Shown piece after piece: positions 27,246-35,768 of a stretch of DNA of 64,000 bases. The stretch is taken from NCBI GenBank assembly GCA_964568075.1, contig CAZMOM010000002.1, positions 32,398-96,397 of the forward strand. The letters run 5' to 3'. Within the stretch, counting starts at the first letter, position 1. Each line of letters begins with the position of its first letter. A program made the position numbers and the translations under genes. The notes below the pieces were generated by a model. That model was not told the origin of the DNA and searched no databases. It worked only from the letters and a program-made list of their open reading frames with translations. This stretch comes from an uncultured Gammaproteobacteria bacterium (GTDB lineage Bacteria; Pseudomonadota; Gammaproteobacteria; Steroidobacterales; MnTg04).

Positions 27246-29611
27246 CGTATCAATACGGGCTCAGGCGATTCGCCAGGCCTGATGACGATTTGCTTTCTGA
27301 CATCGCGATACCCGTCACGAGTACCGATCAGGGTATACCGGCCAGGCAAAAGCTCCAGCGAATGATTGTTAAATGAACCCAGCCTGCCGATCTGGTAAAC
27401 GAAAACTTCGGTCATCGTGTCAGAGACCAGATCTATTTTTACCGGTATTCGGGCGAGCTGGAGTTGCAATTGCAACTGAACCAGTTGGCTGCTCAGCCGC
27501 GGACCAGGATTCGGCAAAAGATGTACCTGCTCGAGAAAACCCAGCGCCGCCTGGTAAACACCGTCTTCAGCCAGGCGCTCTGGCTTTTCTGTGTATAAAA
27601 CGAACTCCTCGTCCACGCCGATCATTTTTTGCGCCAGCGTTACGCCCTCGCGGCCAAACACGAGGTTGGGATCAAGTTTCAGCGCCGACTGGTACGCCAG
27701 CAGTGCTCGCTCCCATCGTTCATTGGCCGCATGGCCGTCGGCCTGTATACGGTATCGGCTGATTTCATTCAGCTTCATGACCTCATCGACCTGGTGCAGA
27801 CCATCCTTGGCGTCGACCGAGCCGGGATTAAGTCTTAGCGCCACCTGAAACGATTTCTTTGCCTGCTCCAGCTTGTTTTGGGCCAGGTAGGAAAATCCGT
27901 CGGACATCGACCGACTGAAATTCTGCCTGGCCAGACTTTTCTCCAAATCGCCAAGTGCGTTTATTGCCGGCTGCCAGGCTGGATTCAGATTTAGCACCTT
28001 GCGATAGGCGTCGCGCGCGGCAGAAATCTGATCTTCGTGCAAAAGGGATTCCGCGTCTGTCATCAACTGAAGTACCTGGTCGAGATTCTGCGCCCGAGCC
28101 AACCCTTGCCGAGCCCTGTTACTGTTCGAATAGATTGCAACCGCCAATTCATACTGCTGTTGGGCGCCGGTCGAATTACCGTCCGCCAAAGCGCTATCTC
28201 CGGCATCCAGCGCCGCTTCGAACACCGGGTTCACACGGTCGGTCAGCGCGTCGCTTTTTTCCAGCGCCGAGACATAGCTGGCCAGCGCAGCCAAATAATT
28301 TCCTTCGCGAAATAATGAATCTCCCTCGCGGGCCTGCTCAACTGCCGCGATAAACTCCTCGGCGGCCCAGAGATTGACGGCTCGATCTTCCAGTGCAATT
28401 TGCCGCCTCAACAATTGCGCAACCAGGCGCTCCGCCTGCTCGCGATTGCGCGCCGCTTCGGCAGACTCATAAGGGGCCAGCCTGGTCGCCTCTTGCACAT
28501 CGGCCAAGTCAGCAGCGGTTGAATTTAAGCTTTCTGGCGGCAACCCGGATTCGGGAGATGCGGTCAGCGTCTGATCGGGTTTTCTTTTAGCGACCTGCTC
28601 CGGTAAATACAAAAAAACGGCAGCAGCCAACAACAACAGGACGGCCATGATCAACCCGGGTATCCACGGTCGCCTGTCCAATAGATCCTGATCGACCGTG
28701 CCAGAGAGATCAGCGCTCACCGGCGCCACTGCGTGACGACGGATTTGTGTGATTTTGTCTGGCTCACTGTTTCCGGCGGCCGGTTGTTCTCCCGGCGGCA
28801 GCGTGGCTGTGCTGCCAAGACCGGTGGCATCGGCAAGCGCATTGCGTACCGCAGCGACCGATGAGGGCCTTTCAGCCGGAATCTTGGCCAGCATGCTCAT
28901 GATCAACGTGGTAAGGCCCGCCGGAAGCGGGTAGTCCGTCTGCGGCGGAACGGGTACCTCGTTCCGTATCTTGTCGTGATCGATGCTGGGATGAAACGGC
29001 GGCTTGCCCGTGAGCAGCTCGTAGATCATGACCCCCAATGCGTAGATGTCGTCGGCGACTGCGGCAGGATCGCCGTCAAGTTGCTGCGGACTGATCGAAT
29101 AGGGCGAGCCGCCTCCTTCGATTCCAGCGGAATCCCCGCTGAGCCCGCCGATCCCGAAGTCGCTGAGTTTGACCGTTCCATCGAGCGCAATCAGCACATT
29201 TTTGAGTTTGAGATCGCGGTGAACCATGCCCGCCTTGTGGGCATATTCCACCGCTTCGAGGACCGGAAACAGCATCGGCAGCCAATCTTTGTAGTGACGG
29301 CCAGCCATGGCCTCGAGATCGTCGCCTTCCACATATTCCATTGAGAAAAAGTGGCTATCGTCACTGCTGAAGAAATCCAGGACGCGAGTGATATTTGGAT
29401 GTACGAGCTTGCGAATGAGACTGCATTCCTTGCGCAGCCTTTCGACCATGTCCGGGTTGGCGGCGAGGGCAGGCTTTAGAATCTTGACAGCGACCCGGCT
29501 CGAAAACTCCTTGTCCTCAGCAAGCCAGACGTCGCCCATCCCCCCATGCCCCAATGGAGCGATCAGTGAAAAACGGCCGGATAATATTTGTCCCTTGTGG
29601 TATTCCTGCAT
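27227..29611 (-). CDS. Serine/threonine protein kinase (Hanks), TM, periplasmic TPR repeats and C-terminal PEGA-like domain
   Basis: Kinase motifs are GHGGMGDVW, VAVKILK, HRDLKLKNVLI and LSDFGIG. The TM is PGLIMAVLLLLAAAVFLYL. At least 5 TPR-like repeats follow, and the C-terminus (LELLPGRYTLIGTRDGYRDVRKQIVIRPG) is PEGA-like. Confidence 0.85.
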   Translation of the reverse strand: MQEYHKGQILSGRFSLIAPLGHGGMGDVWLAEDKEFSSRVAVKILKPALAANPDMVERLRKECSLIRKLVHPNITRVLDFFSSDDSHFFSMEYVEGDDLEAMAGRHYKDWLPMLFPVLEAVEYAHKAGMVHRDLKLKNVLIALDGTVKLSDFGIGGLSGDSAGIEGGGSPYSISPQQLDGDPAAVADDIYALGVMIYELLTGKPPFHPSIDHDKIRNEVPVPPQTDYPLPAGLTTLIMSMLAKIPAERPSSVAAVRNALADATGLGSTATLPPGEQPAAGNSEPDKITQIRRHAVAPVSADLSGTVDQDLLDRRPWIPGLIMAVLLLLAAAVFLYLPEQVAKRKPDQTLTASPESGLPPESLNSTAADLADVQEATRLAPYESAEAARNREQAERLVAQLLRRQIALEDRAVNLWAAEEFIAAVEQAREGDSLFREGNYLAALASYVSALEKSDALTDRVNPVFEAALDAGDSALADGNSTGAQQQYELAVAIYSNSNRARQGLARAQNLDQVLQLMTDAESLLHEDQISAARDAYRKVLNLNPAWQPAINALGDLEKSLARQNFSRSMSDGFSYLAQNKLEQAKKSFQVALRLNPGSVDAKDGLHQVDEVMKLNEISRYRIQADGHAANERWERALLAYQSALKLDPNLVFGREGVTLAQKMIGVDEEFVLYTEKPERLAEDGVYQAALGFLEQVHLLPNPGPRLSSQLVQLQLQLQLARIPVKIDLVSDTMTEVFVYQIGRLGSFNNHSLELLPGRYTLIGTRDGYRDVRKQIVIRPGESPEPVLIRCEEKI

Positions 29612-29626
29612 CGTTTGAAAGGCTAT

Positions 29627-30865
29627 TTATGGCCGGGCGCCATCCGGTTTCGGGACCCCACCCTGTTCGTCCACAATAAAACCGGTTTCCGCAGCGTAAA
29701 TTTCCCGCAGAATATCCCGCCACTCATCGAATTGCGCATCGACGGTACCGGTCAGCTCCACAGTCTGGCCCTCCACATCAACCACCAACGGTGCGACCTG
29801 GGCTTCCATGGATTCGCTCAACTCCTTGATCGCCTCGAAATGGAGCTTCGATTCTTTCGATTTATCCAGGCCGCTCTTAATTGCTGTTATGCCACCGATT
29901 ATGGCGCCGGTCGAGGCGAGCTGGCCTGCCTGGGTATGGGATTTCTGACTGGCTGCGATTCCGCCGATCACCATCAGCCCGCCCGCGAGCAACCGGTTTC
30001 TGGCGGATGCCTTAAGTTCTCTAAGCGCCTGCGCCTCTTCGAAGGTATATTTCCGCCACTCCGAATACGGCTGATCCATTTGCCGATACAGCCCCGCGTA
30101 ATACTCATCCAGCGTATCGACATACATATATTCACGTTGGCGGATACGCAACATCCTGCCGACCATCGGGTCGTCGGTCGATGGCAAACGTCGTACCCGG
30201 TATTTACCTCTTCGGTTTTCCAGGTAATCGCCAAATACTTCCGGTGACAGATCGCCGGCAAATCGCAATTCTGCAACCCGCCGCACGTTCGTCAACTGAT
30301 CTTCAGTCATTTTTTGACGTACCGCCAGCAAATCATTGGCGATGGCATGATATAAATCCTGGAACGGGTCGCCACGCGACGGAATATATTCCTTATAGGC
30401 GTACTTACTCGCCTTATCCTGATATCTTTTTTTCAGCCATTGCTGCCCCGTCGCATCAACTGCCTCAATTTCGAGTTTTAGTATCTCTCCATCTGACGAA
30501 ATAATTTCGCCAAATACGATCAAGTCCATGCCGGCCGTCACTTTTGGCAGAACACGAACAGCGCCCCAATTCCCGGTGTCCTCAAGAACGCGCTTCACCT
30601 GATACGCCATGTACCGGGCTTCGGCCTTGCGAACCTCAGGGAAAATGTTTCGACTGTCTTCCTCGGTCGCCTGCTCGTCCAGATTAGACTCCAGACCAGG
30701 ATCGAAGATCACGATACCGACATCCAGCACGGTCGAATCCTGTATCTCCGCTCCCGCCTTGATCAGTCGGGTTGGATTAGCCTTAATTATATTCTGCTGC
30801 ACACAACCGCTGACCAAAAGTACGATCAGTAACACGATCCCTGTGTAAAATTTTGTGTTCTGCAT
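29627..30865 (-). CDS. Lipoprotein with C-terminal glycine-zipper segments
   Basis: The signal plus lipobox is MQNTKFYTGIVLLIVLLVSGC. Gly-zipper-like segments LLAGGLMVIGGIAAS and GAIIGGITAIKSG occur near residue 300. The start overlaps the upstream stop (TAATG). Confidence 0.6.
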   Translation of the reverse strand: MQNTKFYTGIVLLIVLLVSGCVQQNIIKANPTRLIKAGAEIQDSTVLDVGIVIFDPGLESNLDEQATEEDSRNIFPEVRKAEARYMAYQVKRVLEDTGNWGAVRVLPKVTAGMDLIVFGEIISSDGEILKLEIEAVDATGQQWLKKRYQDKASKYAYKEYIPSRGDPFQDLYHAIANDLLAVRQKMTEDQLTNVRRVAELRFAGDLSPEVFGDYLENRRGKYRVRRLPSTDDPMVGRMLRIRQREYMYVDTLDEYYAGLYRQMDQPYSEWRKYTFEEAQALRELKASARNRLLAGGLMVIGGIAASQKSHTQAGQLASTGAIIGGITAIKSGLDKSKESKLHFEAIKELSESMEAQVAPLVVDVEGQTVELTGTVDAQFDEWRDILREIYAAETGFIVDEQGGVPKPDGARP

Positions 30866-32574
30866 TATTGTCCAGTCGCTTTCTTGTACGCCCGGTATTC
30901 GTCCCAGAGTTTATCTCTAAGAACCGGGTCAAGTTCGTTTTCCGCCGCCTCACGCAGCTGTCTCGCGACGATGTCATCATCGCTCCCATCAGGAATATCT
31001 TCCGGTGGCGGGCTGGGCTGGGCATTGCCGCCCTCTTTCCGGATCAATGAGGATTTATCCTGCCCGTTGCTCGCTTCACCCGCGGTTTGCCCCGCCTGCG
31101 CAATCAGGAGATCGTCTTCGCCCGCAATCGTGTCGCCATCGTCGGAACCGAATCCCCGGTCGTTTCCTTCGTCGCCAAACTCACCGCCACCGATAGCAAT
31201 TCCAATTTTTGAACCCCGACCGGCCAGTAACACACCGTCAAGAGTCGCCAGGGAACCGGACAATTGCGCATCCAGAACCACCACCCGGTCCGCTGACGTT
31301 CGCGCGCCGGGAATAACCAATATGACTCCGCTGCCACTAGAAGAACCGTCATCAAGGCCCGGCATTCCCGGCAGACCGAGTCCACCCGGCAGCATGATTC
31401 CACCCGGCAAGAGTATGCTTCCGGGAACGGTTGTGAGGTCACCGGCGAGAACCATCCTGACGCCTGCATTCTGTCCGTTTGCCTGGTCAGCGTCGGTGTC
31501 CACTGAGCGCATCCCCTCGTTTATTGCATTCATGACCTGCGCCAGACCTTGTAATGCGGCAAGCCTGACCTGCAATTCTTCTCCCGGTGAACCTTCACTC
31601 GACTCATCGGCGTCGGAACCCTGCTGCGGTTTCGAACCGCTTTCTAATTCTGCCGTTTCACCGCTTTGCGTTTTGGCTGCGCCGCTGGCCAAAGCCGCGC
31701 TGGCTTTTTCGACTTCCGCCGCAACCTCGACCAAAGCTTCGCCGACCGCTATCCTCAGTGCCTCCTGGTATTCCGGGCTGCCCATGTCCGGCAGGTCCCC
31801 TGCCCGATTGTCCGCATCAGCATCGGCTGATCGGACCGAATTCATTTGCGACTCTGCAACCGCGTCGATCAAGTCCTGAAGCGTCTGCCGCGCCCGCGCC
31901 ATGGCCTGGTCAGCGCTCTGCAGATCGGCCGCGGACGCAGCATCGGTCTGCTTTGCCGACTGGCCACCGGCGTTCCCGCTACTGCTGTCGGCTACCTGAG
32001 TCTCGTCGCTGGAGACAGAATCGCCCTGGGCACTCTCCGTCTTTTCCTGGTCATTCTGCTGGTCGGCGTCGGCGACCGCCTGGTCGGCTGCCTTCTGCTC
32101 GTCTTCGTCGTCTTCCTCCTCGTTCGAACTGGCCGCCGCCTCCGACTCGCTTAATTCCGGTTCTTGCTGCTCATCGGTAGCCTCGGCAACGGCTTCGGCC
32201 GCTTCATCCAGCGCCTCATTGGCAGCTTGTATCGCCTCGTCCGCAGCCTGCATGGCCTCGTCTCCGGACGCTGATTCAGATTCGTCGCTGCTGCTGTCGG
32301 CCGCGGCACTGCTCGCCGCTGCTGACGAGCTGCTTTGCTGACTGTATTCGGGACTGGAGGACGCGCTGCTCGATGAACTCTCCTGGCTTTGCGTCTGCAA
32401 CTCGGCCATGCTCTGACTCGCCGACGAAGTCTGCGTCTGGCTTTGACTTTGTGACTGCGACTGGCTTTGCGAAGACGATTCGGATTGCTGCTGCGGTGGC
32501 GTCACACAGCCGGCGATCAGGAAAACGCAAACAACCGGTATCCATCTGTGAATTCTGATATTTGTAGTCATCAT
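30865..32574 (-). CDS. Hyper-acidic, low-complexity (S/Q/E/D/A-rich) lipoprotein
   Basis: The likely start at 32574 gives MMTTNIRIHRWIPVVCVFLIAGC, which contains a lipobox. It is followed by SQSQSQSQSQSQTQT and long S/A/E/D tracts (EEDDEDEQ). The C-terminus is an ordered-looking helix, DDDIVARQLREAAENELDPVLRDKLWDEYRAYKK. Confidence 0.6.
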   Translation of the reverse strand: MMTTNIRIHRWIPVVCVFLIAGCVTPPQQQSESSSQSQSQSQSQSQTQTSSASQSMAELQTQSQESSSSSASSSPEYSQQSSSSAAASSAAADSSSDESESASGDEAMQAADEAIQAANEALDEAAEAVAEATDEQQEPELSESEAAASSNEEEDDEDEQKAADQAVADADQQNDQEKTESAQGDSVSSDETQVADSSSGNAGGQSAKQTDAASAADLQSADQAMARARQTLQDLIDAVAESQMNSVRSADADADNRAGDLPDMGSPEYQEALRIAVGEALVEVAAEVEKASAALASGAAKTQSGETAELESGSKPQQGSDADESSEGSPGEELQVRLAALQGLAQVMNAINEGMRSVDTDADQANGQNAGVRMVLAGDLTTVPGSILLPGGIMLPGGLGLPGMPGLDDGSSSGSGVILVIPGARTSADRVVVLDAQLSGSLATLDGVLLAGRGSKIGIAIGGGEFGDEGNDRGFGSDDGDTIAGEDDLLIAQAGQTAGEASNGQDKSSLIRKEGGNAQPSPPPEDIPDGSDDDIVARQLREAAENELDPVLRDKLWDEYRAYKKATGQ

Positions 32575-32803
32575 GAAACCTGCCTTTGGCTTTTTTTGGT
32601 GAGCCAGATCGAGCGAACCTACCGCAATTAATCGCGGTCCAAGGATACTCGCCCGCTCCTCGTGGTCACAACCATTCATTCGTGGCTGTTTTGGGGCACT
32701 CCCTTGATTAGACTGGCAATCCGGTTAAAGTTCTGCTATCCGGGGCGGAACTATTATCGCTCCTACCGCTCGTAACTGAACAGATACTGGAAGAAACGTA
32801 TTG

Positions 32804-33514
32804 ATGCATAACAACTCCGGGCCGTCGAGAAGTTTCGCTTATAACTATATGTTTTTTAAACATATTTATTTTTCCTCGTTTTTTCGGTGCGTCTTTCTGG
32901 CGATCGCCGGCACCTGCCTTGCCGGCTGCGTAAACATAATTAGCGCCGTGGGTAGCTTTCCTGTGCCGCCTGGCGAAAAAATGCCGTTGACCATCGCCCT
33001 GTATTTCGCCGAAGAATTCAGAAATTATGCGCCTGTCGAAGATCTATACCAAAAAAACGACTGGCAGGTAAATCTGGGAATAGCGAGTACCCAAATGTTT
33101 AGCCAGGTATTTAGCAACATCAGCCGCGACACCGTTATCCTGGATAAAAAGCCAGGCAGTGATTCTCAGGTCGCGGCGGATCTCATCGTCGTCCCGTCAA
33201 TAACCGATTTCGGACTGCTCGACCCGGCGGTGACTCCACTCGACTTTTTTTCCATGTCCTTCAAGTACAGGGTTGATATATTCACACCCGATGGGGCGTT
33301 GCTGGACGAATGGACTTTCAACGCTTATGGCAAGACAGCGTCCCGCGTATTTGGCGATAAGGAGTCAGTCAGACAAGCGCTGTTAATTGCCCTGCGCGAT
33401 GCTGCCGCTTCTCTGACACTCGATTTTTCGCGCCAGCCCGGGGTAAGGGGATTGCTCATGAAAACGAAATCGAAAACCATTGCCGAGGCAAATCAGGATG
33501 TCGCAAACAATTAA
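32804..33514 (+). CDS. Lipoprotein, unknown function
   Basis: The signal FFRCVFLAIAGTCLAGC contains a lipobox. The gene is divergent from the nine-gene operon. The start is uncertain (TTG 32801, ATG 32804 or ATG 32849). Confidence 0.5.
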   Translation: MHNNSGPSRSFAYNYMFFKHIYFSSFFRCVFLAIAGTCLAGCVNIISAVGSFPVPPGEKMPLTIALYFAEEFRNYAPVEDLYQKNDWQVNLGIASTQMFSQVFSNISRDTVILDKKPGSDSQVAADLIVVPSITDFGLLDPAVTPLDFFSMSFKYRVDIFTPDGALLDEWTFNAYGKTASRVFGDKESVRQALLIALRDAAASLTLDFSRQPGVRGLLMKTKSKTIAEANQDVANN

Positions 33515-34211
33515 ATATCCGAAAAACAGTTCCGCAGTAAGAATCCGGCTGGGGGCGGCACTGTTGCTTTTCGCGGTCGCGCTCGGCGGTTGCGTCAACT
33601 CGCAAGTCGAGGAATTTCGCCACCTGTCTGGCACGCAGCCCATCGAAGCTATTCAGGAATACGAATCAGTCGTCGTTTTAACGCGAAGGACCCATACGGG
33701 AAAAGAAACAGAGGAATCTTTTACCAATTGTGTGTCCGATAAATTAAAATCCGGTAAACGGTCGTTGCGGGTAACTGATCAAGCTCGTTTTGTCGATCTG
33801 ATGTTTCCGTATTTCGAACCGAGGCTTGCTCCGAACAACCTCTACGAATTGCCAACTTTACTGGCTCGACCGGGTGTCCTGGATCGAATGAACGATATCG
33901 GTGTTCGATATATGATCTGGATCGATGGAAGTACGCAGAGCCTGGACCAGGGCGGTACGATGACCTGCGCATTGAGTCCTGCCGGCGCCGGGTGCCTGGG
34001 CTTCACCTGGCGGGAAAAAGAGTCCAGTTACGAAGCATCCATCTGGGATCTGAAAACCCAGGAAATCAAAGGCACGATCAGTGCCGATGCCAAAGGCACG
34101 TCCTTTATGCCCGCGCTGATCATTCCCATCCCAATGATAGCTCGAACTGCGAAGGCCGCCTGCAACGGCCTGGCAAGCCAGATTCATGCCTTTCTGACGG
34201 AGCAGGGATAG
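33498..34211 (+). CDS. Lipoprotein, unknown function
   Basis: MSQTIKYPKNSSAVRIRLGAALLLFAVALGGC contains a lipobox. The gene overlaps the end of the previous gene. I recognised no domain. Confidence 0.5.
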   Translation: MSQTIKYPKNSSAVRIRLGAALLLFAVALGGCVNSQVEEFRHLSGTQPIEAIQEYESVVVLTRRTHTGKETEESFTNCVSDKLKSGKRSLRVTDQARFVDLMFPYFEPRLAPNNLYELPTLLARPGVLDRMNDIGVRYMIWIDGSTQSLDQGGTMTCALSPAGAGCLGFTWREKESSYEASIWDLKTQEIKGTISADAKGTSFMPALIIPIPMIARTAKAACNGLASQIHAFLTEQG

Positions 34212-34223
34212 GTCGCCGGATAA

Positions 34224-35768
34224 TCAGTTTACCGGGGAAACGGTGTCGGAAAATTCTTCCCGGAACAGTTCCGGCGTTGCGACCGGCTTCCCATCGATAA
34301 ATCGAGGCCGATAAATAGAGCGACGAACCTCTTTTCTGAACTGCGTGAGCATCGAGGCCGGCGCAGTCGACTGAGTGACTTCCACATTATCGACATGACC
34401 GTTGGACATGACCACAAAAGACGCCTCCGCGAACGTGCCGTCGTATTTGGTATATCGCCCTGCTGCATTGATCCTTGGCCTGGGCTTTATATACCGCAGT
34501 CGTTTTGGCCGGCCAAAAAACAGGTCGGCTAACTCAAGCGAATTGGTTTCCGCCTCAATGATTTCCAGGGCTTTCTGATAGGTCTCGATGCCCAGGTCCG
34601 TTTTTCCTATCTTCAAGTACAGATCACCCAGTCGGATATGAACCCTCATCCTTTCGGCCGCTGTGACCGTATCCTCGTGCATGTCAACGATCCGTAAGGC
34701 TCGCATGAGCGCTTCCAAAGCCTGATTCGTCGTTGCGCCCTGCACTCTGTCCGGTCCAATCCGTCGATTCGCAGTCTGTCTTGAGATAAAGGCCGGATCA
34801 ATTCTGGGATCGTAAAACCCCGTGGCTGATAAGGTCGCCGCTTCGTTCATGCGTCGTTGTCGAACTTCGCGTACCTGTTGTTCAAATTGTCGAACCGACG
34901 CCACCCCAAGCAAAAGATCGATAAGCGCGATATCGTTTTCGCCCAGACTGTTTTCGGTGACGTGTATGGCTGCAAAGTAAAGGTTCTTGGCGTCGTCAAG
35001 CATGCGGACGCTGGCCTTGAACCTGGCCAGCCTGACCATCGAAGGAACCGCCAATACCGAATTCCTGCCATAACGATGGATATCGACATTATTTAGAAGC
35101 TCTTGTGCTTTGTTCGCACTATCCAGATCGCGCCCTGCCAGGTGGCTGACCGTCATCAGTTCCAACGCTGCAGCTTGGTCGGGGCTATACACGCCATCGT
35201 GGCGATGGCTGATATGCTGGGAGCGAAAAAACAAGTTTATGGCTTCGTCGTGATTACCGGCATTTTGCAAAGTCCTGCCCCAGCCGTTAATCACTTCGAC
35301 CAGACGGGCATCATAAATTCCGCCGTCTCTTTCAATCAGGTCGGTCGCGCGTCGGTAGTTCCCGAGTGCCTCCGCCTCATTACCAGTTAGCGCCTGGATT
35401 GACGCCAGGTTGGCTATTGGCCTGATCAGTGCCGGGTCGAAAGGATTCTCGGGATCGCCAGCCCGTTCAATCCCCATCCGGGCCAGCGCCAAAGCATCCG
35501 GGTGACGCTTCGCCAACAACATTTTCTGCGACTCTTCGATCAGCTGATCGCTGGCCAGATCACCCGGAATAATCAGTGGCGCCGGTTCCGTGTCAGTCTC
35601 GCCCGATGCCGGAAAATCGTCCGTTGATGACTGAACCAATGAAAGGTCATCGGCTCCCGTTGCGGCATTTTCAGAAGGATCGGCGGTCCGCCCCGTCTCA
35701 GGCAGATTTTGCGCAAACACAGCCAGCGGGGAAAAAAGAACAGCCAGAAAAAATAAATTGCGCGGCAT
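34224..35768 (-). CDS. Secreted TPR-repeat protein with TonB C-terminal-like domain (no TM anchor)
   Basis: The cleavable-looking signal is MPRNLFFLAVLFSPLAVFAQ. Multiple TPR-like helical repeats follow. The C-terminus (GTFAEASFVVMSNGHVDNVEVTQSTAPASMLTQFRKEVRRSIYRPRFIDGKPV) fits the TonB_C pattern. Confidence 0.65.
   Translation of the reverse strand: MPRNLFFLAVLFSPLAVFAQNLPETGRTADPSENAATGADDLSLVQSSTDDFPASGETDTEPAPLIIPGDLASDQLIEESQKMLLAKRHPDALALARMGIERAGDPENPFDPALIRPIANLASIQALTGNEAEALGNYRRATDLIERDGGIYDARLVEVINGWGRTLQNAGNHDEAINLFFRSQHISHRHDGVYSPDQAAALELMTVSHLAGRDLDSANKAQELLNNVDIHRYGRNSVLAVPSMVRLARFKASVRMLDDAKNLYFAAIHVTENSLGENDIALIDLLLGVASVRQFEQQVREVRQRRMNEAATLSATGFYDPRIDPAFISRQTANRRIGPDRVQGATTNQALEALMRALRIVDMHEDTVTAAERMRVHIRLGDLYLKIGKTDLGIETYQKALEIIEAETNSLELADLFFGRPKRLRYIKPRPRINAAGRYTKYDGTFAEASFVVMSNGHVDNVEVTQSTAPASMLTQFRKEVRRSIYRPRFIDGKPVATPELFREEFSDTVSPVN

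Noticed and set aside
30884-31879. 331-aa S/P/A-rich plus-strand ORF (and 31587-32180)
   Set aside because: It is the mirror-image low-complexity frame of the acidic lipoprotein gene. The minus-strand frame has a signal peptide with lipobox and operon coupling, so it is preferred.
20164-35768. Assignment to a known system (T6SS threonine-phosphorylation pathway, Zorya, Tol-Pal, the ExbB-ExbD-TonB system, BatA-E, TerY-P)
   Set aside because: Individual domains are shared, but the defining partners are absent. There are no Tss genes and no ZorC/ZorD or long-tailed ZorA. Pal/TolA/TolB, an anchored TonB or receptor, and MoxR are also absent, and no PP2C lies inside the locus. The B-like subunits carry vWA domains instead of ExbD or OmpA-type domains.
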